From an uncultured Eubacteriales bacterium (lineage in GTDB: Bacteria > Bacillota > Clostridia > Oscillospirales > CAG-272), in contig CAKSLQ010000008.1 in NCBI GenBank assembly GCA_934467415.1, positions 17,889 to 81,888 on the forward strand: a stretch of 64,000 nucleotides of DNA, in the 5' to 3' direction. The notes beneath the pieces were generated by a model. That model saw only the letters and a program-made list of their open reading frames with translations. It was not told the DNA's origin and ran no database searches. The position numbers and the translations under genes are program-made. Shown piece by piece: positions 53,995-62,504 of this stretch; the first letter of the stretch is position 1; every line of letters starts with the position of its first letter.

Positions 53995-54756
53995 ATGAAA
54001 TTTTTTGCCCTCTCCGATGTCGGCAGCGTCCGTGAACTGAACGAGGACGCCTACCTCGCCAAAAGCTATGGCGACGGCGCGCTCTTTGCCGTCTTCGACG
54101 GCATGGGCGGTGCAAACGCCGGCGAATGTGCCTCTGCCACGGCGGCACACGAGGTGGAGAGTTATTTCGACGCCTTCTTTTCCGAGCGGCACGGCACCGA
54201 GCCCGCCGTGATTCAGGCGGCGCTCGCCTCGGCGGCAGACCGCGCCAATTTCAAGATTTACGCGCTGGCCGAGGCCGACCACGCGCTCGAAGGCATGGGT
54301 ACGACCATGGTCGCCGCGCTGATTGTCAACGGCCGCATCTATGTCGCCAACGTCGGCGACAGCCGCGCCTACCTCATCGACCGTGACGGCGCGATGCAGA
54401 TCACGCGCGACCACTCCTTTGTCCAGTACCTTGTGGACATCGGCAAGCTCACGCCCGAGGAGGCGCGCAAGAGCTCCAAGAAAAACATCATCACACGTGC
54501 CGTCGGCGTGGACCGCGAGGTCTCGGTGGACGTCTCGGTCATCGAGAAGAAGCAGTACGCGGGCAAGACGCTGCTGCTCTGCTCGGACGGGCTTTCCAAC
54601 TACATCGACGCCCCCGCGCTTGCACCCCTGCGGCGCGAGCACCCGGACGGCGAAGACTTTGTGAAAACGCTCATCGACGAAGCAAACCGCGCAGGCGGCA
54701 GCGACAACATCACCGCCGTCGCCGTTGAACTGGACAAACCGGAAGAGGAGGTCTAA
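53995..54756 (+). CDS. stp: PP2C-family Ser/Thr protein phosphatase
   Basis: LNEDAY and FAVFDGMGG motifs. Precedes prkC. Confidence 0.9.
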   Translation: MKFFALSDVGSVRELNEDAYLAKSYGDGALFAVFDGMGGANAGECASATAAHEVESYFDAFFSERHGTEPAVIQAALASAADRANFKIYALAEADHALEGMGTTMVAALIVNGRIYVANVGDSRAYLIDRDGAMQITRDHSFVQYLVDIGKLTPEEARKSSKKNIITRAVGVDREVSVDVSVIEKKQYAGKTLLLCSDGLSNYIDAPALAPLRREHPDGEDFVKTLIDEANRAGGSDNITAVAVELDKPEEEV

Positions 54757-54781
54757 GGCTGCTCCGGCAGACCGTGCATCT

Positions 54782-56527
54782 ATGGACGCATATCAGAATT
54801 ATATCGGCCTTGTGCTGGACAACCGCTACCGTCTGAAACGCCTGGTGGGCATCGGCGGTATGGCGATGGTTTTTGAGGCGGACGACCTCCTCAAAAAGAC
54901 CACGGTCGCCGTCAAGATCCTCAAGGAGGAGTTTGCGGCGGACGAGGTCTCGGTGCAGCGCTTCATCAACGAATCCAAAGCCGTTCTCATGCTCTCGCAC
55001 CCCAACATCGTGAAAATTTTCGATGTTTCGGTCAAGGGCGAATACAAATATATCGTCATGGAGTACATCGACGGCATCACGCTCAAGGCGTATATGCAGC
55101 GCAAGGGCGCGCTCTCCGTCAAGGAGACCATCGCCTACTCCATCCAGATCCTGCGCGCGCTGGAGCACGCGCATCTCGGCGGCGTCGTCCACCGCGACAT
55201 CAAGCCGCAGAACATCATGCTGCTCCGCAGCGGGCAGATCAAGGTCACCGACTTCGGCATCGCAAAGCTGCCCGACGCAAAGACCCTGACCGCCACCGAC
55301 AAGGCGATCGGCACGGTCTACTACATCAGTCCCGAGCAGGCGGCGGGGGAAAAGGGCATCGACCGCCGCGCCGACCTCTATTCGGTCGGTGTGATGATGT
55401 ATGAGATGATCACCGGCAAGTTGCCGTTTGACGGCGAGAACCCGGTCAGCATCGCCTTAAAGCAGATCAGCGAGGAACCGAAGCCCCCGCACGAGCTGAA
55501 CCCGAACATCCCGGAGGGGCTGGAGCAGATCATCCTCTTTGCGATGGAAAAGGATAAGGACAAGCGTTTTCAGACAGCGACGCAGATGATCGACCTCTTA
55601 AAGCGGGTGCGCGAGAATCCGGGCGTCGTGTTCAAGCAGAAAAATACGCCGAAAAAGCACAGCGGCACACAGTCGAAAAAGAGTACGATGCTCCCCATCA
55701 TCATGGGCGTAGCGTCGGCGTTTCTCCTTGTCGCGCTCATCAGCGCGTTTACCGTGGTGCATGACATTTTCTTCGGCGACACCGCCAACAACACCGTCAC
55801 CATCGAGGTGGATCAGTTTGTCGGCCGCGCCTACGACGACGCGCTGCAAAAGGAGCTTGAAAAGTCAAACTACCGCGTCAAGGTGGACTACGCCTACTCG
55901 GCCGACACCGAGAGCGGGACCGTTATCGCCCAGACGCCGAAGGCGGGCGAATCCCGCAAGGGCATCAAGGGGCAGAAGTTTGCCGACCTCACGCTGACGG
56001 TCAGCCGCGGCGAGGAGGAGCTGTATATGGACGACTACACCTACTTCGACAAGCGGCAGGCACAGATTGATCTGCGCGGCAAGGGCTTCACGGTGACGGT
56101 CAGCGAAGACTACAGCGACGTTGTGCCGGACGGCTGCGTCATCTCGACCTCGCCCGCCGCAGGTGAAAAGGTCTCGGCGGGGGCGACGGTCATCCTGCTC
56201 GTCAGCAAGGGGGAGAAGATCGAGACCACCGTCGTGCCGAACTTTGTCGGTACGACCTCGGTGGACGCCTATGAGCTGCTCGTCAGGAGCGATCTGCGTC
56301 TCGGCACGATCAGCTACCGCTACGACGACTACGCCGACTACGGCATCATCGTGGAGCAGAGCCTCAGCATGGGGACGCCCGTGCCGAAGGGCATGGCCAA
56401 GATCAACTTCGTCATCTCCAAGGGGCCGGAGCCGGCCGTGACCGAGCCGGCCGAAACGACGACCGAGCCTGTCTCAACGTCGGCGGCCACCGACTTTGAC
56501 GACTGGCTGTCGAACCGCTTCAACTGA
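54782..56527 (+). CDS. prkC: Ser/Thr protein kinase with a TM segment and extracellular PASTA repeats
   Basis: GIGGMAMVF, HRDIKPQN, DFG. One TM, then three PASTA-like repeats. Confidence 0.9.
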   Translation: MDAYQNYIGLVLDNRYRLKRLVGIGGMAMVFEADDLLKKTTVAVKILKEEFAADEVSVQRFINESKAVLMLSHPNIVKIFDVSVKGEYKYIVMEYIDGITLKAYMQRKGALSVKETIAYSIQILRALEHAHLGGVVHRDIKPQNIMLLRSGQIKVTDFGIAKLPDAKTLTATDKAIGTVYYISPEQAAGEKGIDRRADLYSVGVMMYEMITGKLPFDGENPVSIALKQISEEPKPPHELNPNIPEGLEQIILFAMEKDKDKRFQTATQMIDLLKRVRENPGVVFKQKNTPKKHSGTQSKKSTMLPIIMGVASAFLLVALISAFTVVHDIFFGDTANNTVTIEVDQFVGRAYDDALQKELEKSNYRVKVDYAYSADTESGTVIAQTPKAGESRKGIKGQKFADLTLTVSRGEEELYMDDYTYFDKRQAQIDLRGKGFTVTVSEDYSDVVPDGCVISTSPAAGEKVSAGATVILLVSKGEKIETTVVPNFVGTTSVDAYELLVRSDLRLGTISYRYDDYADYGIIVEQSLSMGTPVPKGMAKINFVISKGPEPAVTEPAETTTEPVSTSAATDFDDWLSNRFN

Positions 56528-56528
56528 T

Positions 56529-57482
56529 ATGGAAAAGGCAAACGGAAAGATCGTCAAGGGCGTCGGCGGCAAGTACACCGTCCTCTGCGCGGACGGCGCG
56601 CACATCACCGCGCGGGCGCGCGGCGCGTTCCGCCATGCGCAGATTTCGCCCGAGGTGGGCGATGACGTATGCTGCCGCGTCGAGGAAAACGGCGACGCCT
56701 ACATCGAAGCCATCGGGGCGCGGAAGAACCTGCTGATCCGCCCGCCGATGGCCAATCTCGACATCCTGTTCATCACCGCGGCCGCGGCAAAGCCCGCACC
56801 CGTGCTTTCCACGCTGGACAAGCTCAGTGCCATCTGCGTACACGACGGCATCCTGCCGGTCTTCGTCATCACCAAGTGTGATCTTGACCCCGCGGGCGGC
56901 GCGCACATCGCCGCGCTGTACCGGAAAAGCGGGTTCCCCGCCTTCACGCTGCGGGGGCTCGGCGCGGGCGCGGACGAAGACGGCGATATGCTGCGCTTCG
57001 ACCGGGACGAGGCCCGTGCGCTGCGCGACTTTCTTGCGGAAAACCTCCCGGGGAAGACCGCCGCCTTTGCGGGCGCCTCCGGCATCGGTAAGTCCACGCT
57101 GCTCAATCTGCTGTTCCCCGCCCTCGCGCTTGCGACCGGCAGCATCAGCGAAAAGATCGAGCGCGGCAGGCACACCACCCGCCATGTCGAGCTATTTGAG
57201 GCCGACGGCGGCCTCGTCGCCGACACGCCGGGCTTCGGTATGCTGGACTTCATGCGCTTCGACTTCATGCAGGTCGGCGACCTCGCCGACGCATTCCCGG
57301 ATTTTACGCCCTGGCTCGGGCACTGCCGCTATACGAAATGTACGCACCTCTGCGAGGACGGCTGTGCCGTGTGCGAGGCCGTCGCGCGCGGCGAAATCGA
57401 GCGCTCCCGCCACGACAGCTATGTGGAGCTGTACCGCATTCTGAAAGACAAAAAAGACCGGAAAAAGGGCGGACGCTTTTGA
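56529..57482 (+). CDS. rsgA: Ribosome small-subunit-dependent GTPase A
   Basis: Circularly permuted GTPase (TKCDL, GASGIGKSTLLN). Zinc knuckle CRYTKCTHLCEDGCAV. Confidence 0.9.
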   Translation: MEKANGKIVKGVGGKYTVLCADGAHITARARGAFRHAQISPEVGDDVCCRVEENGDAYIEAIGARKNLLIRPPMANLDILFITAAAAKPAPVLSTLDKLSAICVHDGILPVFVITKCDLDPAGGAHIAALYRKSGFPAFTLRGLGAGADEDGDMLRFDRDEARALRDFLAENLPGKTAAFAGASGIGKSTLLNLLFPALALATGSISEKIERGRHTTRHVELFEADGGLVADTPGFGMLDFMRFDFMQVGDLADAFPDFTPWLGHCRYTKCTHLCEDGCAVCEAVARGEIERSRHDSYVELYRILKDKKDRKKGGRF

Positions 57483-57490
57483 CAAACCCC

Positions 57491-57519
57491 TTTACAAGCC
57501 AACGTATAACGCGTATAAT
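57491..57519 (+). promoter_or_regulatory. Promoter of cysE-cysS
   Basis: TTTACA-17 nt-TATAAT, embedded among four CGTATA(A/C) repeats. Confidence 0.55.
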
Positions 57520-57571
57520 CAATAGTACGGCGCGTATAACGTCAACGTATACCGTCTCCCGGAGGACACCC

Positions 57572-58363
57572 ATGAAGGATAAATTTGAGATGAACATAGA
57601 CATCGCGCTGCCCGACCTCGGCCGGGCAAAGCGCGCGGTGAAACGCGCGGTGAAGTCGGTGAAATACGACGTCGCCGCCTTCCGCGACCGCGACCCTGCC
57701 GCGCAGAGCGACCTCGAGGTGCTCTTACTCTACTCGGGGCTGCACGCCGTGCTGCTGCACCGCGCCGCGCACGCCCTCTACACGCACGGGCATCGCATGA
57801 GCGCGCGCGCCGTCAGCCAGGGCGCGAAGTTTCTCACCGGCATCGAGATCCACCCCGGCGCCAAGATCGGCAAGGGTCTGGTGATCGACCACGGCAGCGG
57901 CGTCGTCATCGGCGAGACCGCCGAGATCGGCGACGACTGCACGCTCTACCAGGGCGTGACGCTCGGCGGCACCGGCAAGCACACCGGCAAGCGCCATCCC
58001 ACGCTCGGCAACGGCGTGATGGTCGGCTCGGGCGCCAAGGTGCTCGGCCCGTTCAGGGTCGGCGACCGTGCGAAGATCGCCTCCAACGCCGTGGTGCTGG
58101 AGGAGGTCCCGAGCGACGCGACCGCCGTCGGCGTCCCCGCGCGCGTCGTGCGCATCGCGGGCAAAAAGGTCTCCGACAATCTGGATCACGTTCACGTCCC
58201 GGACCCGGTGGCACAGGAATTCTGCCGTGTCGAGCATCGCCTCCACGCGCTGGAAAAGAAGCTCCGCCAATTCGAGGAAGCCGAGGCGGCGAAAGCAGCC
58301 GCAGACAAAGAAACCGAAGAACAAACCGCCGCGCCGGGCAAGGACCCGTCCGCCGACGCCTGA
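57572..58363 (+). CDS. cysE: Serine O-acetyltransferase
   Basis: Left-handed beta-helix hexapeptide repeats (GIEIHPGAKIGKGLVIDHGSGVVIGETAEIG). ATG at 57572 follows GGAGG. Confidence 0.9.
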   Translation: MKDKFEMNIDIALPDLGRAKRAVKRAVKSVKYDVAAFRDRDPAAQSDLEVLLLYSGLHAVLLHRAAHALYTHGHRMSARAVSQGAKFLTGIEIHPGAKIGKGLVIDHGSGVVIGETAEIGDDCTLYQGVTLGGTGKHTGKRHPTLGNGVMVGSGAKVLGPFRVGDRAKIASNAVVLEEVPSDATAVGVPARVVRIAGKKVSDNLDHVHVPDPVAQEFCRVEHRLHALEKKLRQFEEAEAAKAAADKETEEQTAAPGKDPSADA

Positions 58364-58375
58364 AAGGACAGCACC

Positions 58376-59782
58376 ATGCAATTCTACAACACGCTCACCC
58401 GCAAAAAAGAAGAATTTGTCCCGATCGAGCCGGGCAAGGTCAGGATGTACGCCTGCGGCCCGACCGTCTATAACTATTTTCACGTCGGCAATGCGCGCTG
58501 CTTTGTCGTCTTCGACATGCTCCGCCGCTACCTCGAATACCGCGGCTACGACGTGACCTTCGTGCAGAACTTCACCGACATCGACGACAAGGTCATCCGC
58601 CGCGCCAACGAGGAGGGCGTGACCTACGACGTCATCGCCAAGCGCTACATCGACGAGTATTTCACCGATGCAAAGGGCCTCGGCGTCCGCCCCGCGGACG
58701 TTCACCCGCTGGCCACCGACAACATCGACACCATCCTCGGCATCGTCGGGACGCTGGTGGACAAGGGCTATGCCTACGCGGTGGACGGCGACGTCTACTT
58801 CCGCACGACGAAGTTCAAGGAATACGGCAAGCTCTCGCACATGCCGATAGAAGATTTGGAGGCGGGCGCGCGCATCGACGTGTCCTCGCAGAAGGAGGAC
58901 CCGCTGGACTTCGCGCTCTGGAAGGGGGCAAAGCCGGGCGAGCCGTCCTGGGACAGCCCGTGGGGCAAGGGTCGCCCCGGCTGGCACATCGAGTGCTCGG
59001 CGATGAACCTGCGCTACCTCGGCAAGACGATTGACATCCACTGCGGCGGGCAGGACCTCACCTTCCCCCACCACGAAAACGAAATTGCGCAGTCCGAGTG
59101 CTGCAACGGCGTGCCGTTTGCGCACTACTGGCTGCACAACGGCTATATCAACATCGACAACAAGAAGATGTCGAAGTCACTCGGCAACTTCTTCACGGTG
59201 CGCGAGATCGCCGCAGAATACGGCTATCTGCCCATCCGCCACTTCATCCTGAGCGCGCATTACCGCAGCCCGATCAACTTCTCCAAGGAGATCATCGAGC
59301 AGTCGGCGGCGGCGCTGGAGCGCATCTTCAACTGCGCGGCGGACGTGGACTTCTACCTCAAGAACGTGCAGCCCGAGGCACATGCCGACGGCGAGGAAGA
59401 CGCGCTTGCCCGCGTGGAGGCGTCCAAGGCGGCCTTCATCGAGGCGATGGACGACGACCTCAACACCGGCAGCGCGATCGCATCGGTCTATGACATCGTG
59501 CGCGAGCTGAACCTCCTGGTCAAGGGCGGCGCATCCGAGAAGACCGTGCGCGCGGCGAAGGCGATTTTCGACGAGCTGACCGGCCTGCTCGGCTTTGTCC
59601 GGGAAGCGAACGATGACAGCGCGTTCATCGCCGAGATCGAGGCAAAGATCGCGGAGCGCACCGCGGCCAAGAAGGCGAAGGACTATGCCAAGGCGGACGC
59701 CATCCGCGCCGAGCTGCTCTCCCGCGGCGTCATCCTGGAGGATACCGCGCAAGGCACGAAATATAAGCTCGAACAGAAGTAA
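58376..59782 (+). CDS. cysS: Cysteine--tRNA ligase
   Basis: HIGH-type HVGN and KMSKS motifs. 468 aa. Confidence 0.95.
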   Translation: MQFYNTLTRKKEEFVPIEPGKVRMYACGPTVYNYFHVGNARCFVVFDMLRRYLEYRGYDVTFVQNFTDIDDKVIRRANEEGVTYDVIAKRYIDEYFTDAKGLGVRPADVHPLATDNIDTILGIVGTLVDKGYAYAVDGDVYFRTTKFKEYGKLSHMPIEDLEAGARIDVSSQKEDPLDFALWKGAKPGEPSWDSPWGKGRPGWHIECSAMNLRYLGKTIDIHCGGQDLTFPHHENEIAQSECCNGVPFAHYWLHNGYINIDNKKMSKSLGNFFTVREIAAEYGYLPIRHFILSAHYRSPINFSKEIIEQSAAALERIFNCAADVDFYLKNVQPEAHADGEEDALARVEASKAAFIEAMDDDLNTGSAIASVYDIVRELNLLVKGGASEKTVRAAKAIFDELTGLLGFVREANDDSAFIAEIEAKIAERTAAKKAKDYAKADAIRAELLSRGVILEDTAQGTKYKLEQK

Positions 59783-59789
59783 AAAGATA

Positions 59790-59817
59790 AAAGGCTTTCC
59801 GCGCGGAAAGCCTTTTT
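59790..59817 (+). terminator. Intrinsic terminator after cysS
   Basis: aaaggctttccgc/gcggaaagccttt palindrome plus a T-run. Confidence 0.8.
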
Positions 59818-59828
59818 CCTGTGACGGC

Positions 59829-60055
59829 AAAAAAGAGCCGACGAAGCCGTCGGCTCAGGCGGTATCTCTCCCTCCGTCACGGCAAGCCGTGACACCTCCC
59901 CCGTCAGGAGGAGGCTTTGTTAGATACACATGTATGGCCTGTAGGGACAGGCGTCCTCGACTGTCCGTATGATTCTTTCTGCATTTTGATGATGCCGATT
60001 TGAATCTGAGGGTTTGTCATCACTCTGAGCCGACGAAGCCGTCGGCTCTTTTTTT
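59829..60055. repeat. Repeat segment (locus L10) bounded by two copies of the hairpin gagccgacgaagccgtcggctc with inverted A6/T7 flanks
   Basis: Copies at 59835-59856 (A-run 5') and 60027-60048 (T-run 3'). The interior carries family modules (gtcacggcaagccgtgac, acctcccccgtcaggaggagg, tgtagggacaggcgtcctcgactgtcc). Confidence 0.75.
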
Positions 60056-60110
60056 GCGCCGTTTTTCTTTCTGCCTGTGCGCGGTCGTGGGTCTCCGCTT
60101 TGCCTGCGGC

Positions 60111-60461
60111 TTACCCGATCCGGCCGATCGCGTCGGTCAGCTGCCGATATGCTTGCGCCACCTCGCCGTACAGCGCGTCGGCGCCCTCCGTGAAGGCTCT
60201 GCCGCGCAGCTTTTCCGTCAGCGCGGCCGCCGGGGCGTACAGGCGGTCAAAGCCGAGATTGGCGCATACGCCCTTCAGGGTGTGCGCCGCGCGGAAGGCG
60301 ACCTCCGCGTCCCGCTTTGCAAAGCCTTCCTCCAGCGCCGAGAAGCTCGGGTCTTGCGGAAATTTCAAGACGAAGCGCCGGATCATGTCCTCTGCGCCGA
60401 GCCGCTCCAGCACTGCGGCATAGTCGCTGCCGATTTCCCGATAAAACTGTTCCGTAGTCAT
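60111..60461 (-). CDS. Histidine phosphotransfer (Hpt) domain protein
   Basis: 116 aa. Phospho-His motif HTLKGVCANLG. Confidence 0.85.
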   Translation of the reverse strand: MTTEQFYREIGSDYAAVLERLGAEDMIRRFVLKFPQDPSFSALEEGFAKRDAEVAFRAAHTLKGVCANLGFDRLYAPAAALTEKLRGRAFTEGADALYGEVAQAYRQLTDAIGRIG

Positions 60462-60512
60462 CCTCTGTTTTCTCCGTTCCCGCCTGCGCGGTGATTTGAT
60501 GTGTTGCCGATG

Positions 60513-62435
60513 CTATTTGATCTTGCCGTCCCGGTCCTTCGTCAGAAATTTCCGGATGTCGAGCAGGCATTCCAGAAGCAGCGGATTGAACTGCCCGCAC
60601 GCACCGTCAACGATCATGCGCACGGCTTCCTCCGCGGAATATGCCTCCTTGTAATCGCGCCGGGCCGTCAGCGCATCGTAGGCGTCTGCCAGGGATACGA
60701 CCTGCGCCGCGATCGGAATCGCGTCGCCGACGAGCCCCTCCGGATAGCCCTTGCCGTCATACCTTTCGTGGTGGTACAGGCAGATGTCATGCGCATACCG
60801 CACAAGCGGCTCGTTTCTGTACTCCCGCACGTTCATGACCATGTCGGCGCCGATCACGGTGTGCGCCTTGACCTTTTCAAACTCCGCGGGCGTGAGCTTC
60901 CCCGGCTTGTCGAGGATGGCGCTGTCGATACCGGCCTTGCCGATGTCGTGCAGGGAGGACGCCGTGGTGATGAGATACACGTCCTTCTCGCTCAACGCAT
61001 ATTTCGTGGTCTTTTCCCGCAGGCGAAGCAGCAGCAGCTCGGTGATCTTGTTGATGTTGGTCACATGCTCGCCGCCCATGCCGGAGCGGAACTCGGCCAC
61101 CTGACTCAGGATCTCGACCAGGATGCGGCTGGACTTCTCCTTTTCGAGGATCTCGCTCGACACCGTGGAGATCAGGCGCCGCTGCTTCTCATACAGATTG
61201 ATGGTGTTCAGCACGCGCCGATACACGACCTTGGCGTCAAACGGGCGGTTGATGAAGTCGGAGACGCCCATTTCGTACGCCCGGCGGATCGTCTGCCCGG
61301 AGTCGTCGCTCGTGATGGTGATGACCGGGATATTCTCGATGAGGCGATGCTCCTGCATATAGGCCAGCACGTCGAAGCCGTCCATCTCCGGCATCATGAT
61401 GTCGAGCAGCACCACCGAGATCTGCTCGCCGTATTTTTGCAGCGCGTTGATACAGGCGCGGCCGTCCGCCGCCTCGAGAATCGTGAACTCGTTGCTCAGG
61501 ATCGAGGCAAGAATCTCCCGGTTGATCTCGGCGTCGTCCACGATGAGGACGGTCTTCTTGCTCCCCGTGTCCGGGATCTCGCGGTCCTTGTCCGTGACGA
61601 TGATGTTCTTGTGCAGCTTCGCCTTGTACAGCAGCCGGTCGGCGCGGTGGACTGCGTCCATGACCGGCTCACCCGCGCACATGGTCGCGCCGATGCTCGT
61701 GGTCAGGCGGATCGCCTCATACCCCGGCAGCACGATGCTGTTGATGTTTTGCAGAATGTGCCGGAGCGCGGCCTCAAAGCCGCTTTCGCTGACGCCCGGC
61801 ATAATCAGCAGAAATTCGTCCCCGCCGTAGCGGACGAGCTTGTCCGAGACGCGGATGTCCTTCCGGACGCTTTCCGCAAAGGCGACCAGCACGGCGTCGC
61901 CCGCCGCATGGCCGTACACATCGTTGTAGACCTTGAAGTCGTCGAGGTCGATCATGGCGACGCCCGAAGACAGCGTGGAATTTCGGAGCTTTTCTTCATA
62001 GAACCGGCGGTTGTAGATGCCGGTCATCACATCGGTATAGGTCTTTTCATAATACCCGTGGATGTGCGACAGGAGCTTTTCCTCACCCGAGAGGTCAAGC
62101 AAATCCTCCGCCCTGAACTCGCGCAGCAGCTCCATCACGCAGGGCTTGCCGTCCACCTCGAGGTAGCGGGCGATCACCTGATACACACCTTCCCTGAAGA
62201 ATTCGAGCTTGGCCTCGTCCTGCCGCGACAGAAACGCCCGCGCCGAAGCGCAGTACTCGCACGGCTCGTCCCTCTCCCAGAAGGTATAGCACGGGCAGGT
62301 CTCCCCGTCCGGCTCCCTGCGGCAGAGCCCGGCGATCTGATCCTCCTGCAAAAGGCGAACCACGCCGAATACCCGGCGGAAGCAGTTCATCTCCGCCTCG
62401 GCCTGCGCCGCGGTCAGGCTATGCTTTTGTTCCAT
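60513..62435 (-). CDS. Multidomain c-di-GMP protein: Cys-rich N-terminal domain - GGDEF - REC - HD-GYP
   Basis: CPC...CEYC N-terminal domain. RVSD I-site located 5 aa before RYGGDEF. REC domain (VLIVDD...LLDIMMPEMDG). HD-GYP motifs (HDIGK, HHERYDGKGYP). Confidence 0.85.
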   Translation of the reverse strand: MEQKHSLTAAQAEAEMNCFRRVFGVVRLLQEDQIAGLCRREPDGETCPCYTFWERDEPCEYCASARAFLSRQDEAKLEFFREGVYQVIARYLEVDGKPCVMELLREFRAEDLLDLSGEEKLLSHIHGYYEKTYTDVMTGIYNRRFYEEKLRNSTLSSGVAMIDLDDFKVYNDVYGHAAGDAVLVAFAESVRKDIRVSDKLVRYGGDEFLLIMPGVSESGFEAALRHILQNINSIVLPGYEAIRLTTSIGATMCAGEPVMDAVHRADRLLYKAKLHKNIIVTDKDREIPDTGSKKTVLIVDDAEINREILASILSNEFTILEAADGRACINALQKYGEQISVVLLDIMMPEMDGFDVLAYMQEHRLIENIPVITITSDDSGQTIRRAYEMGVSDFINRPFDAKVVYRRVLNTINLYEKQRRLISTVSSEILEKEKSSRILVEILSQVAEFRSGMGGEHVTNINKITELLLLRLREKTTKYALSEKDVYLITTASSLHDIGKAGIDSAILDKPGKLTPAEFEKVKAHTVIGADMVMNVREYRNEPLVRYAHDICLYHHERYDGKGYPEGLVGDAIPIAAQVVSLADAYDALTARRDYKEAYSAEEAVRMIVDGACGQFNPLLLECLLDIRKFLTKDRDGKIK

Positions 62436-62504
62436 GCGGGCGCCTCCCTTTCCGAAATGGATTGTATATGTCCGTCATTTTTTCCTGTGTATCGTTTTGC
62501 ATCT

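Noticed and set aside
57483-57571. T-box leader upstream of cysE, as in B. subtilis
   Set aside because: The spacer is only ~90 nt, with no stem I motifs, no GGTGGTACCGCG-like T-box sequence and no terminator.
4715-60055. Possible CRISPR array formed by the recurring GC-rich palindromes
   Set aside because: The copies are not regularly spaced direct repeats with unique spacers. They occur in both orientations, are scattered over 55 kb between genes, and no cas genes are present.
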